DNA of 62,176 nt, filler included, from Nitrospinae bacterium RIFCSPLOWO2_12_FULL_45_22 (GTDB lineage: Bacteria > 2-12-FULL-45-22), in assembly GCA_001803565.1 (NCBI GenBank). It is 4 parts of 4 records of this genome, joined end to end, with 100 filler letters (N's around TTAATTAATTAA, not from the genome) between each part and the next. Parts side by side here need not be neighbours in the genome. Positions count along the whole stretch, not along the records: positions 36,441 to 43,528 come from MHDQ01000304.1; positions 43,629 to 62,176 come from MHDQ01000305.1; 2 more parts are not named here. One strand, given 5' to 3'. Numbering within the stretch: the stretch's first letter is position 1; each line of letters starts with the position of its first letter. A model generated the notes under the pieces. That model ran no database searches, was not told the DNA's origin, and saw only the letters and a program-made list of their open reading frames with translations. This document shows, in pieces, positions 40,511 through 50,613 of this stretch. The position numbers and the translations under genes were made by a program.

Positions 40511-40692
40511 GCATAATGCCGAGTTGAGCGGAATGGCCGGAGCGTCAGACCGGAGGTCTGTAAGCGCAGGACATTTCCGCTCCAACGATTTGTTGGAGGC
40601 GCGCGAATCAGCGCGCGCCGGAAACAAATTGTTGGAGTTTACTCAACTCGGCATTGCAGGCGCGCGCAGCGCGCCTGCAACATATATTAGAC
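40511..40692 (-). other. Cluster of overlapping attC-like hairpins and probable attI junction
   Basis: attC 40511-40598 (CTCCAAC...ATTATGC), attC-like 40580-40637 (CTCCAAC...GTTGGAG) and 40641-40692 (GTCTAAT...GTTGAGT). Confidence 0.6.
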
Positions 40693-40890
40693 AGAAAAAA
40701 TCTATTACAAAACACTTGACCAAAAACATTATTCAATGATATCATACAGTTAGAGCATAAGCACCACCTCCCTTGAAAAAAATAACTAATAATATCAACA
40801 TGTTGTAACGACACTCCTGAGCGTAATATAATAATGCCGTCTAGCATGACACTGTAAGTTTTGAGTTAACTGCTTGATCTGATTAACATT

Positions 40891-42255
40891 ATGAGCGAAG
40901 AAAGCCAAAAACCGACTGAAGCAGCTCAAAAGTTTTGGGATGCTTTTAAGGCCTGTGTCGAGGAGAACAGGGTGCCACCTGATCGTTCGCCCTTTTTTGT
41001 CAAGTGGGCGCAGGCATATGTTGATTTCTTGCCTGGAAAGCGGTTGCGAGATCGATCGCGGGAGGATATTGACGCCTTTCTTGCCGACCTGGGTAAGCGT
41101 CCAGGCATCCCGGACTGGCAGATAAGGCAGGCCGAACATGCCCTGAAGATTCTCTATGAGGCCTTTCTTCATAAATATGCCCCGGCTGGCACGACAAAAC
41201 GGGCAGCAGGGACCGCAAAAAAGAACAGGATCGCGAGCAAGGCTCATAGGGCCAGCATCTTCCGGGATCGGGTTGTTCCCGGCGAGGTTGAGCGGCTTTT
41301 TTCTACCGTGATAGATACTCTGAAGACCGAAATTCGCAGCCGCCATTACTCGATCCGGACAGAAACAACCTATCTTGATTGGGTGCGCCGTTTCATCGCC
41401 TTTCATGGCTACGTGGACCCAAGGGGAATTGATGGGACCGTGGCGGTGAAGGAATATCTTGATTACCTTGCGGTGGAGAGGGAGGTTGCGGCGAGCACCC
41501 AAAACCAGGCCCTCAATGCCTTGGTGTTCTTTTACACTCAGGCCTTGCAGAAGCCCTTTGGAGAAATGGAGACGTTCGTGAGGGCCAAGCGTCCACAACG
41601 ATTGCCCGAGGTGTTGACCAGAAGTGAAGTCGAGGCAGTTCTCGATCAGATGGAAGGGGTGAATTCGCTCATGGCTGGGTTGATGTATGGGGGCGGCCTG
41701 CGGCTCATGGAGTGTGTCCGTCTCAGGGTCAAGGACATTGACTTCGAACGCTTTCAGATCATGGTGCGTGATGGCAAAGGGCAGAAGGACCGGGTAACGA
41801 TGCTGCCGGAACGCTTCGCAGTTGCATTGAAGGAACACCTTATTCGTGTGAAGATCATTTATGAAAAGGATCAGGCCAACGGGGTTCCCGGAGTTTATAT
41901 TTGGCCGGCTCTGGCCCGAAAATATCCAAAGGCGGCCTCTGAATGGATCTGGCAATACGTATTCCCCGCCAAGAGCCTTTCGGTTGATCCTCGAAGCGGT
42001 ACTGTGAGGCGGCACCATATCAATGAAAGCCTGGTGCAAAAGGCCGTAAAAGAGGCGGCTATGCGGGCCGGTATCAGCAAAAGGGTAAGCTGCCATACCT
42101 TGCGTCACTCCTTTGCCACGCACCTGCTTGAGGCGCACTACGACATCCGCACTGTCCAGGAACTGCTAGGGCATGCGGATGTTTCCACTACGATGATTTA
42201 CACCCATGTTCTAAACAGACCAGGCCTCTCAGTAAAAAGTCCCGCAGACTTCTAA
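40891..42255 (+). CDS. intI: Integron integrase with an extra N-terminal SAM-like domain
   Basis: [35 protein letters not shown], integron-specific insert [48 protein letters not shown]; divergent from the attC array. Confidence 0.95.
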   Translation: MSEESQKPTEAAQKFWDAFKACVEENRVPPDRSPFFVKWAQAYVDFLPGKRLRDRSREDIDAFLADLGKRPGIPDWQIRQAEHALKILYEAFLHKYAPAGTTKRAAGTAKKNRIASKAHRASIFRDRVVPGEVERLFSTVIDTLKTEIRSRHYSIRTETTYLDWVRRFIAFHGYVDPRGIDGTVAVKEYLDYLAVEREVAASTQNQALNALVFFYTQALQKPFGEMETFVRAKRPQRLPEVLTRSEVEAVLDQMEGVNSLMAGLMYGGGLRLMECVRLRVKDIDFERFQIMVRDGKGQKDRVTMLPERFAVALKEHLIRVKIIYEKDQANGVPGVYIWPALARKYPKAASEWIWQYVFPAKSLSVDPRSGTVRRHHINESLVQKAVKEAAMRAGISKRVSCHTLRHSFATHLLEAHYDIRTVQELLGHADVSTTMIYTHVLNRPGLSVKSPADF

Positions 42256-42368
42256 GACTTTTCACTTTATCCAGCCCGACGGGAAAAAGTAGTCCACACG
42301 TTTTTTCTCGGCACCCTCGTATCTCTTAGGTTGGCTCCATCCAAATCCACATCGCTCGTTCAACTAAG

Positions 42369-42468
42369 GCTTCAAGAAATTCTCCATAGGCAAATCGAAT
42401 TTTTCGAGTCTCGATTTAACCTCTCCAAAAAGGGGAAAGTCAAGGAAATAACTTAGATTTCTTGAAGC
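42369..42468. mobile_element. 100-bp MITE-like element
   Basis: Perfect 12-bp IR GCTTCAAGAAAT / ATTTCTTGAAGC. Confidence 0.5.
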
Positions 42469-42471
42469 ATC

Positions 42472-42640
42472 ACCGAGCGATCCTACGTAGACCGGATCGT
42501 GCAGTTTGTTCGTTTCCACAGCATACGACCGCGTGAGGACCTCTTCCTCGCCGCAGCCGAAATCGAATCGTTCCGGACCGACCTCGCCGTACACGCAAGC
42601 ATCGCTCCCTCCATCCAGAGCCAAGCGATGAATGCGACTT
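42472..42640 (+). pseudogene. intI: Degenerate integron integrase N-terminal fragment
   Basis: SYVDRIVQFVRFH...EIESFRTDLAVHASIAPSIQSQAMNA matches the IntI Y..W...F..FH...FL..LAV...A.STQNQA.NA pattern. Confidence 0.65.
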
Positions 42641-43154
42641 CATATTACAGATGCTTCCCTTTTCTTTCAAGATGCCAGGCAAATACCGCCTTAAAAAGCA
42701 AAACATGGAGGTTCGACTTGTTGTTGCATGCAAACAGATCGCTGAAGAGTTGAGCAAAGCACCCGCGACCTGCCAGACATTCAAGTTTGGAAACTACCGG
42801 CACAAGTCAGGTATCGGTGGCTTCCACCGCATATCCCGATGCCTTCATTGCGTCAGATAGTCGCTCAGTTAAAGTCGGCAATCCGCTTCCTCCGCAGGCA
42901 CGTTGTCGTCCTTGGTGCATAACAAGTTATTCTATAGTTTCTTAATAACTGCGCACCTCAAGGGGTTCCTTCTGGGCTCTATGGATTAACAATTTATTTT
43001 GTCTATCCAGCCCATGATCCCCTGACCTCTTAGATACCCCTTAAATCGTTATAAAATAACAATATCTCATGACAGATTTTTTTGCAACAATATATTTTAA
43101 TCCTCCTTTATAACATATCATTTTTAAGATTATATAGAAATAGGAGAATCCTAC

Positions 43155-43494
43155 ATGCTGGCTATCCCTTCCACATTACAGGCACAATTTGAAGAATATT
43201 TACGAAATAAGGCGATTCCAAACAGCCACTCTTCAAACAAAACGGGTAAACGGGGCTTCCTGGAAAGCGGAATACTCCCTGCTGGCGGATGAAATCCATG
43301 TGCGGCATTATTCTTCCAAAACTCTCAAGACATATAGAGGATGGGTGCAAAAATTTCAGACTTTTACGCGCAGCAAGACCCCGGAACTGCTCTTATCGAA
43401 TGATGTTAAAGAGTTTTTAACATTCTTGGCTGTGAAACGAAAGGTAGCATCCACCATCACGGCGGGTACTGGCACGGAGAACGAATTTCGATGA
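43155..43494 (+). pseudogene. intI: Truncated, frameshifted long-form integron integrase
   Basis: AGGAG SD + MLAIPSTLQAQFEEYLRNK, then in another frame EIHVRHYSSKTLKTYRGWV...VKEFLTFLAVKRKVAST. Confidence 0.7.
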
Positions 43495-43528
43495 CCGAGT
43501 CTGGAGCGACTTCTAGAGAGCTTTTTTA

Positions 43529-43628
43529 NNNNNNNNNNNNNNNNNNNNNNNNNNNNNNNNNNNNNNNNNNNNTTAATTAATTAANNNNNNNNNNNNNNNN
43601 NNNNNNNNNNNNNNNNNNNNNNNNNNNN
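43529..43628. other. Artificial contig linker
   Basis: 44N-TTAATTAATTAA-44N. Confidence 0.95.
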
Positions 43629-43630
43629 TT

Positions 43631-43771
43631 AAGGGCAAATGCGGTAATTGTGAGAATAATAATGTCTGCTTTGGTTGCCGGGGTAATGCCTTTTTTTATG
43701 GAGGGGACCTGCAAGGTCCAGACCCAAAATGCTGGCTCAATCCGGATGCTAAAGAATCCTATTGTTACTAA
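43631..43771 (+). CDS. 3' end of a radical SAM/SPASM protein
   Basis: KGKCGNCENNNVCFGCRGNAFFYGGDLQGPDPKCW SPASM cysteine pattern; not in the ORF track. Confidence 0.75.
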   Translation, partial: KGKCGNCENNNVCFGCRGNAFFYGGDLQGPDPKCWLNPDAKESYCY

Positions 43772-44685
43772 CCCAAGTTGCGTTTAACAAAAAGCTTTAT
43801 TCAATGTAAAACCAAATACGAACAAAATAACCTTAAGTAAGAAACCATCAAAAGTAACAGCATGAATCTTCTTGGGGAAAAAATTAGAAATTTCAGAAAA
43901 TATTGTCTCTATCCTCTTGCGAATATACTTTTTATACCACCGTATGGGAGGTTCATCCCAACGTTTGGAATTCTTCTTCCTCATTGGAGAGAGCTTGATT
44001 TTATCCATCTCCATAAGGTCATCTTCAATAGTGTAATCGGTGTAGACGGCATCTGCATATATTTCACTTCCCTCAGGAAGGTAGAAGGGTAACTCATATA
44101 GAGCCTTTGAATCGTGTGTGGCACCAGCAAAGAAGGTAATCTCAACAGGAATTCTATCAGAAGTAGCAAGGATATGGACTCGAACACCATAGAAATATCG
44201 TCTCTTGGAAGGTATATATCCTCTGTATTCTTCAGATTTGACGATGCGAGAGCGCTTTATGCGGATATTGTCACAAACAGGAACAGGAAAAGAATCCAAT
44301 ACATACTCCATAGAGATATTGGCTTGTTTGAAAACAATACCAAGCTGGTGGAAGATGCTTACAATGAGATCAGAGAGGGCATGGATTCTCCTGCAAAGAC
44401 GGGATTTTTCAAGCATATCGGGGATGAGACCAGTCTCATGCAGAACTACTCTGGCTCTCTCTATATTGCCTGCAAACACAATGGCAGATATCAATGCTGT
44501 TGTGATAACTTCCGAATCTGTCATCTTTTGTCTTCTTGATGTTTAATTGCTTTGAGAATATCATCAACTATAGTATAAATTATAATTGTTTTTTCTATCA
44601 TTTGTTCCTCCTATGATTAACTGTTTATAGTTTTCCATAGGAAGAACTATTTTATATTTAATTTATATTAATTAGCAACTTGGGT
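43771..44685 (-). mobile_element. IS982 family element
   Basis: Terminal IR ACCCAAGTTGC / GCAACTTGGGT; ~915 bp; no target duplication evident. Confidence 0.85.
43784..44601 (-). pseudogene. IS982 transposase, frameshifted near codon 26
   Basis: MIEKTIIIYTIVDDILK...HQEDKR* overlaps MTDSEVITTA in the -1 frame; LDSFPVPVC, YFYGVRVH, YAD, RKRIETIFS motifs. Confidence 0.75.
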
Positions 44686-44688
44686 TAG

Positions 44689-47600
44689 GAATATATAGAT
44701 GCCCCTTATCAGTCCCTTTTTGCTGAATCCTTATGGCAGGAGATAGTAGCCAATTCGGATATTGTCGCGGGCGGGGTAATGATGGCGTATAGTGATGAGT
44801 GGTGGAAGGGGAAGCATTCGGAGAAAGGGGGAGGTTGTCCCGATGCTGATCCTGCCTTTCATAGCCTCTGCGGGCATCCAGATGCATCACAGCCTGATAG
44901 ATATGCAAATGAGGAGTGGCGGGGTATCATGCGGTCCACCGATAATGGTCCTTACCCGGATATTATGGAGCCCAGGGCTATCTATTATGCCCTCCAGTCT
45001 CTCTGGACATCACCGCCTTTGCAGGAATCCCAATCTGACTTGTCATCCAGACCTTCTCAGAAAGCCATTGCTACCTGCCCATCAACCATTAGCTTCGGCG
45101 AGACAATCCAGTGTTCAATCGATGCCGCTGGTGAGGGAGATACCTACAGCTTCTCTGGTAGTACTGGTGATGTGGTAGTGGTGAGGATGCAGACGACATC
45201 AGGGGGTCTGGATCCCCAGATCAAGCTATACGACTCGGGTGGAAGTAAGCTCTATTCGGCATGGGGAAGCTACTATGCAGCGATAACAAACTGCACCCTA
45301 CCTGGTAGTGGTACTTATACCATTGTAGCAGATGATTACGGTGGTACTGATAGCGGAAATTATGAGTTAAGCTTGTCATATGTTGGGTTTCAGGTAAACT
45401 CGATTACGCCGAATAAAGGGGGGAATACTGGTGTTGTTACTACAACCATCACGGGGGCTAAGTTCGAATCAGGTGCCTCTGTCAAGCTAACCAGGGAAGG
45501 CAATCCTGATATTAATGCAGTAGAAGTAAATGTCACAGACTCATCCCATATAACTGCCAGCTTTGATCTGACCGGCAAGGCCTCCGGCACTTATGATGTC
45601 GTAGTCACCAATCCTGATGGCAAGTCAGCTACCTTACCCAAGGCATTTACCATCGAAGAAGGCGGCGAGGCGAAGCTGTGGGTAGATATCGTGGGAAGAG
45701 ATAGAGTAAGGGTGGGAAGGACCGAAGCATTCATTGTTCAATATGGAAACTCTGGTAATATTAATGCTGATTACCCATATTTGGTTATTGCACTACCAAT
45801 GGAGATTAAATATGAAATTTTGGGCAACTTCGCTTCGCTTCCTCCTGATAGTAGCTCTTCTAATTATACAACCACTGATCCAGAGGTATATCATTTGACC
45901 GTTTTGGGGGTTCCGGAGTTACCACCAGGCTCTACTCGCTCTATAAAACTGGAAGTTAATGCTCCTAAAATTGGAGAATGGAAAATAAATGCTTATATTA
46001 CGACGGATAGAAGTGTAATTTACTCTTCTGTGCTTTCTTTTGCAAAATCTGCTTTTGAAGAATTATTTATGGAATCAACAAATGCTAATTCCCAAAGTAC
46101 TCAAACAACCCTTTTTCAGAACGGACTTCTGGGAGATTGACCTGGCATGCGGCAAAGTCTTTAGGAGATGGTGATTTCATAGAAATAATGCCTGACAGTT
46201 CCGATTCTGATCCAGACATAAACATAAAAAACTTGAAGGATAATCCGTATCCTGGTTGGACATATTGGGGAGCCTATCGTTTACCCCGAACTCTTAGCAA
46301 AGAAGAATTGCAAAGGCGAGTTGATAATCTCCGTAAAAGGTATGGCATAGATCCGGGAGATCCTAACAACATAAGTAAATACACCAGCATATGGTGTACA
46401 TATAAGTTTGAAAAGGATAAAGCGCTATCCACTTATTGTTGGGGATTGGTCTTTCTACTTAATTTTGACATAATTTATAGGGATAAAAAATGGGTAAGTG
46501 AAGCTGAACTCTATTAGCAGGAACCATGAGTGTTTTAAGAAATTTGGTAGTGGTATGGAAAAAGTTTTTTCTAGTGTTGCAGCTATCGACCCTAATGATA
46601 AGGAAAGCCTTGTTGGTTTCGACTTTGCAGGTACGCCTCAAGGTCAGCTGAAACATTTTGTAAGTAATGGTCAGTCGATAGGCTATATGGTCTTTTTTGA
46701 AAACCTCGAGACCGCCACTGCTGCAGCACAGGAAGTGCTCATCACTGACCAACTTGATCTTAACCTCGATTGGTCAACCTTCTCATTTGGTGATATGCAG
46801 ATTGGTGAAAAGATAATTAACGTGCCGGAGGGGGACAATAACTTTCAGAGCACGGTTGATCTGAGGCCGGATATCTCTGCACTTGTTGAGGTTAATTGCA
46901 ACCTAAAGTTAGCAACCGGAGCATTTGAATGTCTTTTCCGGGGCAAAGATCCTGATACTGGAGAACTGGCTGACTTCCTTCCACCAAATACAGATGCTGT
47001 TGACCCACGAGGAAGAGGCTGGATTTCATTCAGTATAATGCCAAAAACCGGCCTCCCGACCGGGACAGTTATTAAGAATAAGGCAACAATAGATTTTGAA
47101 GTCGGCATACCACCGGACCCCATGGATACACCAGAGGTCTTCAATACCATTGATTCAGATACACCAACAAGCGGTGTTTTACCCCTATCATCTGCGTATA
47201 CTACCACTGATTTCAAGGTTAGCTGGTCTGGAAGCGATGGAGAATCAGGCAGTGGATTAAGGGATTATACCATTTATGTATCCGATAATGGCGGCGATTA
47301 CACTCCCTGGCTTACTAATACCACGGCTACCTCGGCGGAATTTATCGGTCAATTCGGACATACTTACCGATTCTACAGCATAGCCAGGGATAATGTCGGT
47401 AACGAAGAGGACCCACCCCAGCAGCCTGATACCCAGGTGAGCATTAATGCCTCTGATAAGCTCATTGCGGTCTACACCAACAGATCCTCTTATACCACTG
47501 GAGACAATTTGAAGCTATTGGTCAGCCTCAATAATCCGGGTAAGGCCATTGTAGCCGATGCCTTCCTGGGCTTTATGTTACCAGATGGGAGCCTCTACTT

Positions 47601-47856
47601 TTTCGATAGCTCTCTTTCCAACCTGATCCCAGCACAAACTAATTATCCGAGAACCTTTACTGCTGCCCGCACCTCTCTGGACATCCCGGGGAGCTTCAGT
47701 TTACCACCAACCGAGGTCTTCTCGGTACGGCTTCCAGAACTGGCAGAAGGTGACTACATTGCCTTTGCGGCCCTAGCAGAGCCAGGCTCGGTGCAGGCAG
47801 GTTCACCCAGAATAATCGGAGAAGTTAGCCTGGCCTATATCACATTTAGTAAGTAA
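44689..47856 (+). pseudogene. Large multidomain secreted protein, 5' truncated and split into three ORFs: GH-A TIM-barrel tail, PPC domain, IPT/TIG, variable domain, DPND domain, Fn3-like, AEPGS domain
   Basis: GG.MMAYSDEWWK..NEEW.GI..PRAIYYAL; DPQIKLYD..LPGSGTYTI; ITPNKGGNTG; AIDPNDK..FEN..TAAAQEV.ITDQLD; VSWSGSD..YRFYSIARDNVGNEE; ORFs 44779-46140, 46137-46517, 46498-47856. Confidence 0.7.
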
Positions 47857-48169
47857 ATTCGCGGTAGGATTATTAAAGCGGTCTCTATTTCTTTGGGCTG
47901 GGGCTTGTTGGTTTTTAGTGAAAATTCAGCACAAAGGACAAATGCTTCAATGGGTGGTAAAGGCTATTAGGTTAGTGCCTTGTTCTTAACGAGCAATAAC
48001 CCAATTAACTAATGAAAGGGGGGAAAAATGGTTAAGAAATTTTTAATTTTCAACTTTAAGAGTGGCCGTCCCGGCAGATACAGAATGATTGAGGTTGATA
48101 GCCAAAGGCTTCGACCTTCTCAAGCACTCGTAACGTTATCTGCTCAGCGCGGGCAAAAAGGAGGAGGTT

Positions 48170-49435
48170 ATGGCGCGGAAAATCTTTTTTATTCTTTTAT
48201 TTGCTCTTCTGGTCCTAATCCCCCAGAGGGGATATGTGGAGTCATCTTTACCAGAAATAAAGATTTTTACAAATGGTCCCAGCTTCCGTTCCGGGGATAC
48301 CCTGTCCCTTGCTGTGAGTCTGAGGAATCCCGGGGCGGAAATGGCAGTGGATGTCTACCTGGGTTTTATCTTACCCAATGGAGCCATCTACTTCTTCGAT
48401 GAAACCCTCAAGAATCTAGTGCCAGGTGATATTAGGGATCATGCTACCTTTACTGCGGTTGGGAATGATGTTACTCTCCCCTCAGGATTCGATTTGCAAC
48501 TTCCGGGGTTCTTCTCACTCAAATTACCCATCATTCCTGATGGCACTTATGCTGTTTTTGCTTTCCTAGCTGAACCCGGTTCTGCCCAATCAGGATCTAT
48601 TCAGGTTATCGGAGGGGTCAGCCTGGTATCTTTTAGCTATACCTCGGCACAGGGCGCAATTGAGATTATAAATGAATATCCTATCGGTACAATCTCAAAT
48701 AGGCGACCAACCATTTCTGCAACTGTTAGATCTAGTTACAACTCTGAGATTGACCTCTCTACTATCCGAATGACTCTGGATGGCTCCCTTGTTTCTCATA
48801 ATGTAAGCGGAGCCGGTTCAAATGTACAGTTATCCTATACCCCAAGTTATGACTTAGCTGAGGGAGAGCACAGGGTATCTGTAAACGCTAAAGATGTGAA
48901 TGGTGTAGCAGCTAAGGAGAAGGCCTGGCGGTTTGAAATATCTGTAGCTAATCCAGAATGTGTGAATATTTCTGGACTATGGAATTGGTCTGAAACCGTG
49001 ACTGTGACATGTACAGCCGAAGGAGAGAGCGAGACGGAAACTATAAGCGGTTCAGGGGTAATAAATATTAATCAAAAAGGTTGCAATGTGAATTGGACAG
49101 CTTCTTCCTTTAATGTTGATAGAACTGGAACAATTCAGGGTAATAACATTCAGGTATCAGGCCAATTTGTCATCCCGCTCGAGGAAGACGTTAATATTAC
49201 GCAGAATATCTTTACTGCAAAAGGTAATATTAGCGGAAATCAGTTCAATCTGAATGGTTCAGGAATAGCAACAGGCACATATGAGGATATAAGTTTTTCC
49301 TGCACAGGGACTTCTACTGCTGTATTTACCCGGGCAAATACTTCATCATTGTCTAGCGAAAAGGAGGTTATCAGGGAACCTTCGTTACTATTTTTTAATA
49401 ATGCGATAAAAATAGTTACAACTGTGGCCCCTTAA
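48170..49435 (+). CDS. Secreted protein: N-terminal AEPGS domain, Ig-like domain, beta-rich C-domain
   Basis: GGAGG SD, signal peptide, FLAEPGSAQSGS, RPTISAT..IDLSTIRMTLDG..LAEGEHRVSV. Confidence 0.75.
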   Translation: MARKIFFILLFALLVLIPQRGYVESSLPEIKIFTNGPSFRSGDTLSLAVSLRNPGAEMAVDVYLGFILPNGAIYFFDETLKNLVPGDIRDHATFTAVGNDVTLPSGFDLQLPGFFSLKLPIIPDGTYAVFAFLAEPGSAQSGSIQVIGGVSLVSFSYTSAQGAIEIINEYPIGTISNRRPTISATVRSSYNSEIDLSTIRMTLDGSLVSHNVSGAGSNVQLSYTPSYDLAEGEHRVSVNAKDVNGVAAKEKAWRFEISVANPECVNISGLWNWSETVTVTCTAEGESETETISGSGVININQKGCNVNWTASSFNVDRTGTIQGNNIQVSGQFVIPLEEDVNITQNIFTAKGNISGNQFNLNGSGIATGTYEDISFSCTGTSTAVFTRANTSSLSSEKEVIREPSLLFFNNAIKIVTTVAP

Positions 49436-49927
49436 AATAATAAGTTATGTTTTCAGGAGCTAGAATTGGTCCAAAGCTAAAGCCCTTGCCAATGCTTTTA
49501 GGCCCCCGTCATAGTAACGGCAAAGTTGGGTTGAATATAGGTAGAAGGGGACCCAGGATATACTGAGAGAAAATGATTGGGTATAAGGAAATTGTGGAGA
49601 TGGATGAGAAAGAGGGCAAAAGGGAGATATATTTTAGAGAAAAGGCAATAGAAGTCCCGTATCCCCGGCTGATAGGGGGTAGGTTTTTACTTAAGATCCT
49701 TTTACATTGGGTAAAAAGCTAGATTTTTGTAGTGGTCACATCTAAGCGACAATTAAAATAAAAAGGGGCTAAAACCTTAGAAAGAAAAGGTCTTTCTATT
49801 GGTTAAAAAATGGTATATTATCGTATTTTAATAGTTACCACCTAAGGTTTTGGACTATTTTCCCTTAACTATTGGTGAGGCATTACAATTTCTATGAAAT
49901 AGTTATGACAATAATTTCGCATTACCC

Positions 49928-50572
49928 ATGGTCCAACTATCACTAACTATATTGAAAAGACTATTGCTGAACATCTTTTCGGTCATACTTATCACGGGCA
50001 TAGGTCCATTCCTGTCTTTTAGTTATATTACTCACGGTGCCCAACCTATATCAGATAAGATCCTTGTAGACAATTTTGAAAAACCGGGAAAACACAATTC
50101 TCTGGGGCATGATTTCGGCGCATTTTCTGACCAAAAAAACCTTGGTCACTGCTATTTATTTTTCAGCCAAGATAAGCAAAAAGAGTCATTGAATGAAAGC
50201 AAATACTCATTGTATATTCAATGGGATACTGCTAAAGAAGGTTCATATGGGGGCTATTGGAGTGATCTCAGACATCTTAATTTGGAATCTTTTAATTATC
50301 TATCTTTTTATGTTAAGGGTGTAAAAGGTGGCGAAAAGTTTAAGGTTGGTTTAAGAGGAAAGGTAGACGCAACTTATGAAACAAAAATACTTATTAATGA
50401 AGCATTAAAGGAAGGTGTCACAGTTGAATGGCAGAGAGCAACAATCCCTTTAAAATGGTTTAAGGCCATACAAAACTGGGGAGATGTAAATATGCTTTCT
50501 ATCAATTTCGAATATACTTTTGGTAGTGGAAGTGGTGCAATTTTAATTGACGATATCGTTTTTGAGAAATGA
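49928..50572 (+). CDS. Exported CBM11/CIA30-like carbohydrate-binding-domain protein
   Basis: LVDNFE, SYGGYW, LSFYVKG..GGE.F.VGL, WQRATIPLKWF, G.ILIDDIVFE. Confidence 0.7.
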   Translation: MVQLSLTILKRLLLNIFSVILITGIGPFLSFSYITHGAQPISDKILVDNFEKPGKHNSLGHDFGAFSDQKNLGHCYLFFSQDKQKESLNESKYSLYIQWDTAKEGSYGGYWSDLRHLNLESFNYLSFYVKGVKGGEKFKVGLRGKVDATYETKILINEALKEGVTVEWQRATIPLKWFKAIQNWGDVNMLSINFEYTFGSGSGAILIDDIVFEK

Positions 50573-50613
50573 ATCAATAACTTCCTCAACAAAATATATT
50601 CCCTTGTATTTTC

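Noticed and set aside
36530-40692. Regularly recurring TAAC...GTTA elements as a possible CRISPR array
   Set aside because: Units differ in sequence and are separated by gene-sized spacers; they are attC sites, and no cas genes are present
40795-42138. 447-aa ORF antisense to intI
   Set aside because: Shadow ORF of a GC-rich integrase; no recognisable motifs
23564-43628. Three identical TTAATTAATTAA motifs inside N runs
   Set aside because: Artificial contig linkers, not biological repeats; they also invalidate any synteny argument between the EPS operon, the integron and the RHS locus
47900-48160. Possible c-di-GMP riboswitch and ORF 48028..48402
   Set aside because: GEMM motif elements not convincingly present; the ORF overlaps the better supported 48170..49435 in another frame
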